From NCBI GenBank assembly GCA_002269645.1, contig NIVC01000829.1, positions 372,001 through 436,000 of the forward strand: a DNA stretch of 64,000 nt, written 5' to 3'. Each line of letters begins with the position of its first letter. The stretch's first letter is position 1. The notes below the pieces were generated by a model. It saw only the letters and a list, made by a program, of their open reading frames with translations. It searched no databases and was not told the origin of the DNA. Source of the DNA: Macrostomum lignano (Eukaryota). Shown here piece after piece: positions 22,608 to 34,143 of the stretch. A program made the translations under genes and the position numbers.

Positions 22608-23214
22608 GCTGCTTGGGTCTTTCAGCTGCTTGATGTTTAATGCTCTGCGTGCGCTAAGGCACTTTTTTACCGATTTGTACTTTAGAAATGTAGGCTGGAT
22701 TGCTAGTCTAGCCAAGGATATAATCAATAGAATGGATTGCTAGTCTAGCCAAGTGTATAATTATTAGAATAATAGATTGCTAGCGTAGCCAAGGATGTCA
22801 ACAATAGAATTTTCAATCGTAAAGATACGCTCTCCATTACTATCAAATGTTTATAAGTGCCTATCAGCGCCATAATATTGAATATATTTATGTATTGCTT
22901 CTACAGATCTCTTCTCTGTACACGCCTAGTTTTGCTCTCAACTGGCTCTTGAGTCTGTTGGCAGACCCGTGATGTATATTAAAGTGTATAATATGAATTA
23001 ATACAATAACGTCTAACGAATTAAGTGTTTATTTGTGAAGCTAAATATCGATTAATAATCTATAGATATGAACAAAAATTAATGAGGTGAATTAATTACT
23101 CTTGTTTTGTACCCATTCAGTTCTTTTGTTTTTATATTAATCATTGCATTCTGTTTATAGTTTTATTGTCTGTGTTAAACTCCTCTCTGTGGTGCCTTGT
23201 AGTACGCATGAGTG

Positions 23215-24345
23215 TTGCATTCTGATTGGCTGGGAAAGGTTCATTTAGATTTCTGTTGCTTTCTGATTGGCTGGGAGAGGTTCATTAGATTTGTTGCTTT
23301 CTGATTGACTGGGAGAGGTTCATTAGATTTCTGTTGCTTTCTGATTGACTGGGAGAGGTTCGTTAGATTTCTGTTGCTTTCTGATTGACTGGGAGAGGTT
23401 CATTAGATTTCTGTTGCTTTCTGATTGGCTGAGAGAGGTTCATTAGATTTCTGTTGCTTTCTGATTGACTGGGAGAGGTTCATTAGATTTCTGTTGCTTT
23501 CTGATTGGCTGGGAGAGGTTTATTAGATTTCTGTTGCTTTCTGATTGGCTGAGAGAGGTTCATTAGATTTGTTGCTTTCTGATTGACTGGGAGAGGTTCA
23601 TTAGATTTGTTGCTTTCTGATTGACTGGGAGAGGTTCATTAGATTTCTGTTGCTTTCTGATTGACTGGGAGAGGTTCATTAGATTTGTTGCTTTCTGATT
23701 GACTGGGAGAGGTTCATTAGATTTGTTGCTTTCTGATTGGCTGGGAAAGGTTCATTTAGATTTCTGTTGCTTTCTGATTGACTGGGAAAGGTTCATTTAG
23801 ATTTCTGTTGCTTTCTGATTGACTGGGAGAGGTTCGTTAGATTTCTGTTGCTTTATGATTGGCTGGGAAAGGTTTATTAGATTTCTGTTGCTTTCTGATT
23901 GGCTGGGAAAGGTTTATTAGATTTCTGTTGCTTTCTGATTGGCTGGGAGAGGTTCGTTAGATTTCTGTTGCTTTCTGATTGGCTGGGAGAGGCTTATTGG
24001 ATTTCTGTTGCTTTCTGATTGGCTGGGAGAGGTTCATTGATTTCTGTTGCTTTCTGATTGGCTAAGAGGAGTTCATTAGATTTCTGTTGCTTTCTGATTG
24101 GCTGCGAGAGGTTCATAAGATTTCTGTTGCTTTCTGATTGGCTGGGAGAGGTTTATTAGATTTCTGTTGCTTTCTGATTGGCTGGGAGAGGTTTATTAGA
24201 TTTCTGTTGCTTTCTGATTGGCTGGGAGAGGTTTATTAGATTTCTGTTGCTTTCTGATTGGCTGGGAGAGGTTTATTAGATTTCTGTTGCTTTCTGATTG
24301 GCTGGGAGAGGTTTATTCGATTTCTGTTGCTTTCTGATTGGCTGG
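23215..24345. repeat. ~40-bp minisatellite (CTGATTGGCTGGGAGAGGTTCATTAGATTTCTGTTGCTTT), about 28 copies
   Basis: Tandem units of 37-41 bp with no spacers. Confidence 0.95.
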
Positions 24346-25364
24346 AAGGATCTTTTACGCTCGAAGATTTAGCTCTGCGGGATGCTTAGGTAACGATTGA
24401 ATAGTTTTTCCTTTGCCTTTGTGTTTTTATGCCACTCATGTTGCGTTTTTTTAATTTTCAATGTTGTGTGCATGTCAGTCCGTCAGTATTGTAAAGCTTA
24501 TATTGCTTGTATAATTGGTATATTTAACCTTTGTGTATTGTTAATAAGCATCTTACAGTTCCTCGCTTACCCTATTTTAAGGCGGTTTTTAACCAGGCCT
24601 ATCATTCGCATTAAATACTACTTAAAGTATGTTAATCTTGCTTGAGTTGTAAATTTTAACTCTAGTAAATTTTGTTGCATAAATTCTAGGCTACACGAAC
24701 GCATGCAACTACTTGTTAGTTAGTAGTTTTACTTATATAGTTGACGATATGCAGTATTGCTTAGAGATTAGCTTTTGATGACATGAGCTCATTAAATATA
24801 TCTGCTTTATGTTGTATGTCCTATTAAAGTGTTAACATTATAATGTAAATTGATTAGTGTCTTCCTTTGGTAAATAAGCGATGATGTAATTACGTCACAG
24901 GTTATAGAGATGATTTGGCGTCTTCTTCTAGCCTAAATCTGTGCTTTTACGAGCTATAACTGCTTTAGCTGGCTTTTAGTTGCAGGTCATTCTCTTCTGC
25001 TTTTCGTTTCCTGCTGATTAATAATATTTAATTGCTTCTTGTGTAATACAAAATATAGTAATAATCCTATTGTATTACTTAGGTCATCAGTAGGCTAGTA
25101 AAAATAATGTTCTATCTTTATGAATTCATATTTTTCGATCTCCACTTTAAATTCTTGTAGCTTCCATAATTGTCAAGTAAACTAATTTTTGTCTGCTTAA
25201 TTAAATACAAAATGAGATAACAATATAAAAACAATTGTATTTTCATGTGGCTGTATCAGTCACTGCAATCATCTTGATCACAATGTTGAACCATAAATAT
25301 TTATTTGTCGTTAATCGCTTGTGCTTCTTTAATTTTTATTTTAATTACCTACTCTTGGTCAGGT

Positions 25365-25935
25365 AATAATCCCAGCTGGATCAGGTAAAATCCCAGCTGG
25401 ATCAGGTAAATGAAATCCCAGCTCGATCAGGTAAAATCCCAGCTGGATCAGGTAAGTGAAATCCCAGCTGGATCAGGTAAATCCCAGCTCAATCAGGTAA
25501 ATGAAATCCCAGCTCAATCAGGTAAATGAATTCCCAGCTGGATCGAGTAAATCCCAGCTGGATCAGGTAACTGAAATCCCAGCTGGATCAGGTAACTGAA
25601 ATCCCAGCTGGATCAGGTAAAAATCCCAGCTGGATCAGGTAAATGAAATCCCAGCTCGATCAGGTAAATCCCAGCTGGATCAGGTAAATCCCAGCTCAAT
25701 CAGGTAAATGAAATCCCAGCTCAATCAGGTAAATGAATTCCCAGCTGGATCGAGTAAATGAAATCCCAGCTGGACCGAGTAAATGAAATCCCAACTGGAT
25801 CTGGTAAATGAAATCCCAGCTGGACCGAGTAAAAAAAAATCCCAGCTGGATCGAGTAAATGAAATATCAGCTTGACTAGGTAAATGAAATCCCAGCTGGA
25901 CCGAGTAAATGAAATCCCAGCTGGATCAGGTAAAT
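25365..25935. repeat. ~25-bp minisatellite (GAAATCCCAGCTGGATCAGGTAAAT)
   Basis: Tandem units with 20-25 bp length variants. Confidence 0.93.
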
Positions 25936-26379
25936 TCTAGCTCTAATCCCAGTTTGAATTAAAATCTTTTAACCAACACCGCATCCGTGTTTTTAATTCC
26001 AATTTTCAGTTGGCGTCCTGTGTACACAAAAATCTGAATAGCCTTTAGTTACTGCAATGCGAGAGAACGTGTACTCCCCAGCTATATGCCTGCAAAAACC
26101 ACCACAACACAGTTTTATAACTGTCACAGAAAGTGCTTCTTATCAACTGACTCACCAAACTGCCACCAAATACTTTGTAGGACAGAAAAACAGAGAGAAA
26201 AAATTTAGTCCTGCTTCTTATCAATAGACCAGCAATAGCGGTCTAAACTACGTATATAATATAGCTTTTGGAAACTTCTTCTGGGCGTTGCTATTTTTCG
26301 ACTTTGTCAGGCAACATACATTTAATTTCGATTGTATAGCTTCTGTAACTAAGCGACATTGATTAGTTAGAACTTCATC

Positions 26380-29034
26380 ATGAGCTGCTGCTGCTCTGGA
26401 GGTGAGCCCGACGACTCGACAGCGGGCAACGATGTCGAGATGCAGGAGCGCGGTTCGTCGGCCCGCCAGCAGAAGGCCGACGAAGACCAGGCCTATCGGA
26501 TCAAGATGAAGGATCGCAGCTGCACAGACGTTGTCTGCCTGGTTCTGTTCATTGTGTTCATCTGCGGCCTAGGAGTGGTGGCCTATTTCGCTAGTCAAGG
26601 AGATCCTTACACACTGATCTACCCTACCGATTCGCAAGGCAATTTGTGCGGCCGATCCAATCAGACTGCCAACCAGCGCCACCTGGTGTTCTTCGACCTG
26701 CTCGAATGCTTCAAGATGGGCCCGAGAGCTATCATAGCGGGCGGCTGCCCAACTCCGCAGGTCAGTCAGTTAGTTTAATTACGTGTACATGCACAATGAT
26801 GTTTACAGGGGATCAGTTGCTTTGACACTGCCGCAGTGATGCCGCCTGAACCCTGGATGAGCACAGCGGCCTTGACTTTCTCATGGGGGTTGGGCCCAGG
26901 GGCGTAGCTCTACCCCGCTTCTACCACATCTGTAGAGCAATCCGATGTCGATCGCTAAAAGTTATCTATCGCCGTCGGTTACCTCGGATACTTCGCGGCG
27001 GATGTCGGAATGTTGCACGGGTCAGTAGGCTGGCAGAAGCCATGGCGCCGCCTTATACAGCAGCTTTGGCACCCCAGGCGCCCCTAGTGCTGGCAACCAT
27101 GATGGTGTGGCGCCATCACCATGGCACGCCATCGAACCTTGGAGGTTACTCTGACGTGTGCATTAGAGTCAGAGGCTAAGCTACCCTGCTCCCCCTCTCA
27201 TCCGCAGGTGTGCGTCGAACGGTGTCCGAATCGCAATTGGGCCTGGATGGACCTGTGGGCTCGGGAGGAGGCGCCGGGCAGTTCTCGGGATGTCGCTCGA
27301 CGCAAGCAGGAGATGGTGTGCCGCTACGGCGACCCGCAGAACAATACCCAGCTGAGCGTGTTCGAGCTGGTCAGTCAGGGCCTGTGCGCTCCGTATTATT
27401 TGAATTCGACTTCTGTAGGTGGCCGCTGCATACCGTCGATATTTGCTGACATTCCCAACCTGCTGGCTGGAATCGAATCGAAGGACGGCAACACACTGCG
27501 AACTGGCGATAACCTGACAGAGATCCGGTACACGGACATTGCCAATGCCAGCAGTTACCTGAGCTTGTTTCTAAGCACAATTACTGTTGCCCAAGACGCA
27601 TTCAACGATGTGGTGACGAGTCGGTTCCTGATTCTTGGCGGCATCGGCATTGGAGCAGTGGTAGCTTTTATCTGGTGCGTCTTGCTTCGCTGCACAGCCG
27701 CCTTCATGGTCTACGGCAGTTTGCTAGTCTTCTTCCTAGTCTTTGTCGCCATTTCCGGCTACTGTTTCTGGATATATTTCTTCGACGTGACGTTGCAGTC
27801 GTTTCAGGACACGTTGGGCAATTCTTACTTCACTACAAACTTCTCCGTCTATCTGAGAATCAAGGAGACCTGGCTAGCGTTCGGCATCACATCCGGGATC
27901 GTGATGCTCATTGTTCTGCTAGTTCTGCTATGCCTTCGAAAACGACTGCAGCTCGCCATTGCACTGGTCCGCGAGGCCAGCAAAGCCATCGCTGGGATCT
28001 CCAGCGCCCTGTTCTTTCCGATCTGGCCGCTGCTGTTTCAAATTATTGTCATCGCAGCGTTCACTTTGAACGCAGTTCTGTTGGGCTCAACTGGTAAAAA
28101 GATGTTTGCCCAGACGAACAGCACCAGTAGAGAAAGTCAGCCCTGCGACAATGCCACCGATTTCGTCACCTGTCAGTTTGTGCGGTACGGAAGCAACGAA
28201 TGGTCCTATTACCTGCAGGGCTACAATTTATTTATGGGCTTCTGGTTGAGCGCGTTTGTCGTGTCGTTTGGTCAGCTGGTATTGGCTGGCGCCTTCGCCT
28301 CGTACTATTGGGCCTGGGAGAAGCCGAAGGACATACCGGCGCTGCCAATTCTCCACTCGCTGGCTCGGGCAGTTCGCTACCATCTGGGCACAGTCGCGTT
28401 CGGCTCTCTGCTCATTGCCATCGTCAAATTCATCCGAGCCATTCTCAGCTATCTGGAGAGCAAACTGAAAGGCCGAGAGAATCTGTTTGTAAAATTCATT
28501 TTCTGCTGTTTGAAGTGCTTCTTCTGGTGTCTGGAGAAGTTTCTGAAGTTTCTAACCAAGAATGCTTACATAGTCACAGCCATTAACGGTAAAAACTTTT
28601 GCTTAGCTGCCAAACAAGCGTTCGGAATTATTCTTAATAACTGCGTTCGATTTGCGGTGGTGGACAATGTGACCAGTTTTGTCCTATTCGTTGGCAAGCT
28701 CATCGTCACAGGCCTCATCACGGCTGTGGCCTTCCTTTTCTTTAACGGGCAAATCCGAATTCACTCGTCCCTAGAGGTGGACTTGCACTATTTCTTTGTG
28801 CCAGTAATTTTAATCGGCATTTCTACCTGGATCATATGTTCGCTATTCTTTAGCGTATTCGACTTTGCGGTGGACACGATGTTCCTCTGCGCAATGGTTG
28901 ACGTGTCGAAAAACGACGGATCTAAGGAGAAGCCGTACTACATGTCGAAGGGTTTGATGAAAGCGCTGGACGTTAAAAATCAGTTTGTTGACGTTGACCC
29001 AGATGATAGAGAAGGTTGCTGCTGCTGTTGTTGA
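26380..29034 (+). CDS. SLC44A-like: Choline transporter-like protein (SLC44/CTL family; CTL2/4/5-like), 2 exons, about 735 aa
   Basis: Exons 26380-26760 and 27208-29034; the phase-0 intron rejoins the conserved CPTPQ|VCVERCP. Motifs DRSCTDVVCL, YPTDSQGNLCG, YHLGTVAFGSL, CCLKCFFWCLEKFLKFLTKNAY, VDTMFLC; many TM helices. Confidence 0.95.
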
Positions 29035-29916
29035 TTTCTGATTTGACTTTTGAGTCTTTGGATTGTGGATATTTTTACATTTCTGATTGTAGGCACAGAG
29101 TCTGGACATAATAAAGTTGTTAATTAAAACTTTTGCCTCTCTGAATCGACGCATCAATAACGTTATTGTTAACTGCTTTCTTCGAAACCCATGATTTGTC
29201 ACCGTAGCTAAATATGTGTATATTTTTTTAATTTTGCCTATTGTTTAACTGATTTTTGCCATTGAAAAAAGTATTTTATTATCCCCAACATTTTTGTTGG
29301 TGTTAACGTAGACAGTGTAATTAAAATATAACTTGTCTGTCGATTTCGTTGCGAACACAAAATATAAAAAATCATTTAATTTCCAATTAGTGATTGTTTT
29401 GTTTTATTTTAATAAACAGCAGAAACTATACACATTTAATGAAATTACAGCAAAAAATCAAGACTAGGTTGGTTAGTTCCACGTAGTTAGTATTTAATTT
29501 AGTACGTTTGATGCTCAACTATTGGCAGAGAGCTTTTAAGTTTGAGTGCAATTCGTACTTTAAATAACGTGGAACTAAGCCTGGCCGTCTCAACCTGTGC
29601 AAAAAGGGTCGACAGTTAAACAAATAGTTTTAGGTATCAGTAAGCAAATTTATCAAAATGCCTTAAATTTTTGGCAACTGAAAATTTAGTGGTTAACACG
29701 GAATTAAGCAGATCAATGCAGTTGTGGACTAATATATGCATATTAACAGCGAAAATTACACGAGACTTTCTGTTGCAGATCTACTGACTTCACTAATTAG
29801 AGCTTCTAACTACCAGTGCTAAAGCTATAGTGAAACAAAAAAAATTAATACTTACAGTCGGAAAAGTTGAATATTAGTATCGTACAACAGAAACAAGTGG
29901 TTGAAAGAGCAAGTTG

Positions 29917-32900
29917 TCAAGGTGCACTGCACCGTCTCTGTCCATGCAGACTGTTCATCGATCGAAGCCAAAACACGGTGTGCGAATTGTCAACGTACAG
30001 CAGGTCCTCGCCGTCCGAACCGAGGACCACCGTCTTGTTGACGCCCTGTCGGCTGTAGAGTGGCACCAGGCTGATGCGAGCTGGGTCCAACTGGTCGTGC
30101 TTGATGAAGTCCTGATCAGTCATGCAGCATAGAATCCACACGCAGCGATCGCAGGCCATCACTAGTCGGTAGCGAGTGTTACCGTCGCTCACGAAACCGG
30201 AGTTGACTGACCAGGCCAGGCTGACACTCGACTCGCTGACGCAATCGGCCCCAGTTGCTTGAAGCGTTGTTGGCACCGGATGACAATCGAGCAGTGTTTG
30301 AATATTTCTCACCTCCATGGTAGGCAGGTGCCACAGGGAGAAACGACCGTCATCGTAGGCGCCAGCCAGCAGGTGACTCCTCGGCGCGAATTTGACGCAA
30401 CGCAATGGCTGAACACTGCGCGATTTTACTGCGATTGCCTCTCTTGTTGCAATGTTCCACAGCACCAGTCGTCCATTGCTGAGGCCGCCGGCTCCAAAGC
30501 GACCATCGTCGCTGACATCAAAACTAACCAGAAATGTAGCGTCCTCTTGGATCACCTCAGCGATGCTTCCATTGGCGATGATATCCAGCGATTCCGTAAC
30601 GAAGTTCCAATCGGACTCAGTTAGCACTACCGCCCTGGCTTCTTTGTGGCTATCGATGGCTTGAGGCATACGAAGCGGTAGGAGATGCGTGTGAAAGATA
30701 TTCTCGGTTTTTACGCGTTGGAAATTGGCATCGTAAACTACCAACTGATTCCATCTGTTCGACCCAATGAACCCGCGGTTGCTAGGAAGCATCACGAGAT
30801 CGCGGATCCAGATCGGTTCAACTTTATACGTAAATTGCCAGCTACCATCTTCGGCTTCTGTTGCTTTTACCACGCCGTTTGGTAGTGCAAAAACTGCCGA
30901 CTTACCGCCCGCAGCCATGCAGACTGCCGAGACCTTGCCTAGCTGGAAGCCCTCGCCCTTGTACTTTCCGATGTGCTTAAGGTTTCCATTTTCTGTCGAC
31001 TCCAGAATCAGCAGAGACCTGCGCACTGATTGGCACGCCATCACCATCCGATTGTTTGGCGTGGACACGGCGTCATAGACGGTGCGCAATCGCAGAGTGC
31101 AGCACTCGTTCCCAAAGAAAATGGAGCTTTGCCTATTCACTTTTCGTTGAAAGCAGGGCGACGAAGAGGTAACGCGGACGATCCATTTAGTTAAGACACT
31201 TTCGCTTGAAACCTCCGACAGAGAAAATAGATACTTGGATTGGAACGTCAGACAGCGAGCCCTAGTGCCTGTTCCATTGAGTTCGTCGACCAGCTCTAGC
31301 GTGGCACCGCTACCAATCACAGAAGCGTCAGTGGCCACTCGGTAGAGGTAAATATGAGCCCGGCTTGTGCTCACTGCCAGATGAGCGCCATCCTTGGACA
31401 ATGCGAGACTTGTGAACTCGGTATAATTCTGGCACTGCTCAGTCAGTAAAGTGTCTAGCGTAAAAGAGTCCCATAGACGGATTTCGTGCTTTGAGATCGA
31501 AATGATCCATTTGGACTGGCCTAGCACGCCTAGCACAGACTGGATCGGTGGCTCGCGCAGTTCCTGGAAGCCGGTGTACTTTCGAACACTGGACGACGTC
31601 ACGTTGTCATTTGGCCTTGTTTCGTATACGTACACGCAGTAGTCCGGTCCGCTGACTGCGATAGAAGAATCTCTACTAGCAATGTGTCTTACGCACAACT
31701 CATCCGTGGCTTGCATGTCGATCTGGTAGTCATAGCAACAATTAATAAATGTACTTGTGACAGTCAACTCGTAAATTCTTCCGTTCTGGCTACCGACAAT
31801 AAGTTTCTGATCGTCGGTAAAACACATTGCCGTAAATTCGTCGTCTGGTCGTTTCTCGTCTTGCCACACAAGTTGCGCCGGCGCCCTTTCTTCTTCCTTC
31901 TCGCTGCTGTACGTTCTAGTCCGTGGTCGTTCAATAGGAAAAAGCATCGTGTAGCGCTTGTTGTGACCTGGCAACGCTGGTGACATCAAACTGTTGGTTT
32001 CAAGAGCGAATTCCGGGAGCCGGTATCTTACTAGTCTCGACGCCGTGAGTAGCCAAATTGATTCTTTGTCAGAACCAAAGAAGGCGGTCACTACTGGGTC
32101 ATTGTCGAACTCCTTGTCCTGGCGGCGGTACAGGGTACTTCTCGAGTTTAAATCTTTGATAACGACTGAGCAATCGCTTACAACAGCGACGTGAGTTAAT
32201 TCGTCGTTCAAGGTGTAAGACGTGACGTTGCAGCCGAGCTCCAGAGTGTCCATAATCTGTTCTTCCGTTTGTGCCTTATTCATCCAGTGGAAGAAGCAGG
32301 CACTATGCTCGTGCTGGAAGACCCATTCCTTGACATGCTGCTGCAGACTGTCACCCTCGGCGAAGCTCAGCGCGAGCTGAACCAAAGAAGATGTCGAAGT
32401 TGATTGACCGCCGGCAAGGCCGAGGCTCTGGATTCGAAAGACTGGCGAACGGATGAACTTATCCATTTCTTGCCAAGTGTCGCCCAGTTTAAGCGCCTTT
32501 AGCGCGAATCGATAGCAAAATGCTAGACTGTCAGGACCAATGCTACAGCAAAGCCAGGACAGGAAGTCAAAGTCAAGCAGCAGGTCCTTTTTATCATCAA
32601 TCGGCACATGGCTATCAATGACCAGATGGTACACAAAATTCTCGGCCAAGTAGTTACAGTCGTCTTCCATGTCATGCCAGCTGGAGCAGTCTTCTCTACT
32701 CTGCAGGACGTTCTTAACGAACTCGCTATTGTATTGAGCTGTCTCCTTTTGGAACTTTGATTGCAAACCGGACACAATAATGTCATGCAGAGTGAAAGTC
32801 TGCATGTCCGCCTTGATCTTCTCTTCGGTAGCAATGGATCGGCGAACGAACTTCTCCAAAGTCTCGCGAGCTTCCTCTTCATCTAGGTCAGTCCAGCAGT

Positions 32901-34143
32901 AGGCGGATAGGAACGCCGGCGAGAGAAGACTGTTGCTCATGAAGATCGACAGTCGCAGATACAAACTCTTGTCGTCTTCTTGTAGATCCTCTACGCTGAC
33001 CATGATGGCATCGCTGATGTTCTCGTAGTGATAGTCCCCGGCCTCCACGTTTTCGGAGCTGAATGCGGTGTTTTTGTACTTTTTAAAGAAGTACTCAAAT
33101 CTGGACATGCTGCTCTGGGAGAGCAGGCTGCCAAAAATAGAAACTACGAAAGGGCTTCCATTGCAACCCTCGTGAATGCGCTTGAAGCAGCTCGTTGTTT
33201 CGCTGTTGGGCCGTTCTCCCTCTTGAAGAACCATTTGGTTGAGTAGGCTGATGCTGGAACTCTCCGTGAATCCTCTATCTACGTGAATGGTCTCGGTTCG
33301 GCCGTGCTCGCCGCGCTGCACTCTACTGAGAATGTCCGAAGACCTGCTAGTGATGAGAATTCGCGCCTGTACGTTGAAGAACTTTGGTACCATGGGATCC
33401 CAGACATCGTCGAGAATAATTAGGCAGATTGGATAGTTCTTGATCAGAGTAGATCGCAGCATGTCTCGAGCCGCTTCAAGATCAACTGGCGGTTGAAATC
33501 TGCTGCTACTATCGAGGCGCTTGCAAAAATTTTGCATCTTTAACAGCAGCTGGGCATCTCGCTCTTTGTCATTGTTTGACAGCTTACCAATGTGCACCCA
33601 GAACACTTTGTTGTAGAAATAGGCGGCGATCCGTCTCTGAGAACTGCAGAAGCCTCGGACGGCCTGAGCGGCCATGATCGACTTGCCAGAGCCGGCCTGG
33701 CCCCAGATGACGATCCAGCCGCCGTCTCGCCTTTGCGACAGTTTGACCAGGTGATCCTTGAGCTGGACAACGAATTCCAATTCAACGTTTCCTTGAGGCA
33801 GGACTGGGATGCCGCCTTCAATGAAGATTGCTTCGCATTGGTCTGAGTTTAGTGCTGTCTGCGGACTGCTCTTAGCTTCGACAAGCTTCTGCCATACGTG
33901 CTTATATGGGGCTTTGATGCTGTCAAGAAAGATTTCGAACGAGTGCGGTTTATTTCTTTCCACGATAATGTCAACTAAAGTATTGGTCTGCTGACCGGTG
34001 GACTTCGCTGCATGAATGCGCTCCTTATCGGCGACGCTGAGCACTCCTTTGCTAATCAACTCGTCCTCGATGTCTCGCACGTCAACGTCAGAAATGGCGC
34101 TTCCTTTCAGCGCCAGCAGAGCCGCCCTCTTCTGCGACTCCAT
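29917..34143 (-). CDS. APAF1-like: Apaf-1-like apoptosome scaffold (CARD + NB-ARC + WD40), single exon
   Basis: Uninterrupted ORF; likely start MESQ at 34143 (the frame extends to 34188). N-terminal CARD-like helices, Walker A GQAGSGKS, Walker B LIILDDVWD, RILITSR, GSPFVV, TLHD, then WD-like strands (IRLWDS, LVLWNI, FSLWHL). Confidence 0.9.
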   Translation of the reverse strand: MESQKRAALLALKGSAISDVDVRDIEDELISKGVLSVADKERIHAAKSTGQQTNTLVDIIVERNKPHSFEIFLDSIKAPYKHVWQKLVEAKSSPQTALNSDQCEAIFIEGGIPVLPQGNVELEFVVQLKDHLVKLSQRRDGGWIVIWGQAGSGKSIMAAQAVRGFCSSQRRIAAYFYNKVFWVHIGKLSNNDKERDAQLLLKMQNFCKRLDSSSRFQPPVDLEAARDMLRSTLIKNYPICLIILDDVWDPMVPKFFNVQARILITSRSSDILSRVQRGEHGRTETIHVDRGFTESSSISLLNQMVLQEGERPNSETTSCFKRIHEGCNGSPFVVSIFGSLLSQSSMSRFEYFFKKYKNTAFSSENVEAGDYHYENISDAIMVSVEDLQEDDKSLYLRLSIFMSNSLLSPAFLSAYCWTDLDEEEARETLEKFVRRSIATEEKIKADMQTFTLHDIIVSGLQSKFQKETAQYNSEFVKNVLQSREDCSSWHDMEDDCNYLAENFVYHLVIDSHVPIDDKKDLLLDFDFLSWLCCSIGPDSLAFCYRFALKALKLGDTWQEMDKFIRSPVFRIQSLGLAGGQSTSTSSLVQLALSFAEGDSLQQHVKEWVFQHEHSACFFHWMNKAQTEEQIMDTLELGCNVTSYTLNDELTHVAVVSDCSVVIKDLNSRSTLYRRQDKEFDNDPVVTAFFGSDKESIWLLTASRLVRYRLPEFALETNSLMSPALPGHNKRYTMLFPIERPRTRTYSSEKEEERAPAQLVWQDEKRPDDEFTAMCFTDDQKLIVGSQNGRIYELTVTSTFINCCYDYQIDMQATDELCVRHIASRDSSIAVSGPDYCVYVYETRPNDNVTSSSVRKYTGFQELREPPIQSVLGVLGQSKWIISISKHEIRLWDSFTLDTLLTEQCQNYTEFTSLALSKDGAHLAVSTSRAHIYLYRVATDASVIGSGATLELVDELNGTGTRARCLTFQSKYLFSLSEVSSESVLTKWIVRVTSSSPCFQRKVNRQSSIFFGNECCTLRLRTVYDAVSTPNNRMVMACQSVRRSLLILESTENGNLKHIGKYKGEGFQLGKVSAVCMAAGGKSAVFALPNGVVKATEAEDGSWQFTYKVEPIWIRDLVMLPSNRGFIGSNRWNQLVVYDANFQRVKTENIFHTHLLPLRMPQAIDSHKEARAVVLTESDWNFVTESLDIIANGSIAEVIQEDATFLVSFDVSDDGRFGAGGLSNGRLVLWNIATREAIAVKSRSVQPLRCVKFAPRSHLLAGAYDDGRFSLWHLPTMEVRNIQTLLDCHPVPTTLQATGADCVSESSVSLAWSVNSGFVSDGNTRYRLVMACDRCVWILCCMTDQDFIKHDQLDPARISLVPLYSRQGVNKTVVLGSDGEDLLYVDNSHTVFWLRSMNSLHGQRRCSAP

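Noticed and set aside
23215-25935. Regular 40-bp and 25-bp arrays as possible CRISPR arrays
   Set aside because: Units are contiguous with no unique spacers, there are no cas genes, and the context is eukaryotic.
27121-27207. ORF-track N-terminus MARHRTLEV for SLC44
   Set aside because: Intronic read-through; splicing 26760 to 27208 restores the conserved CPTPQVCV.
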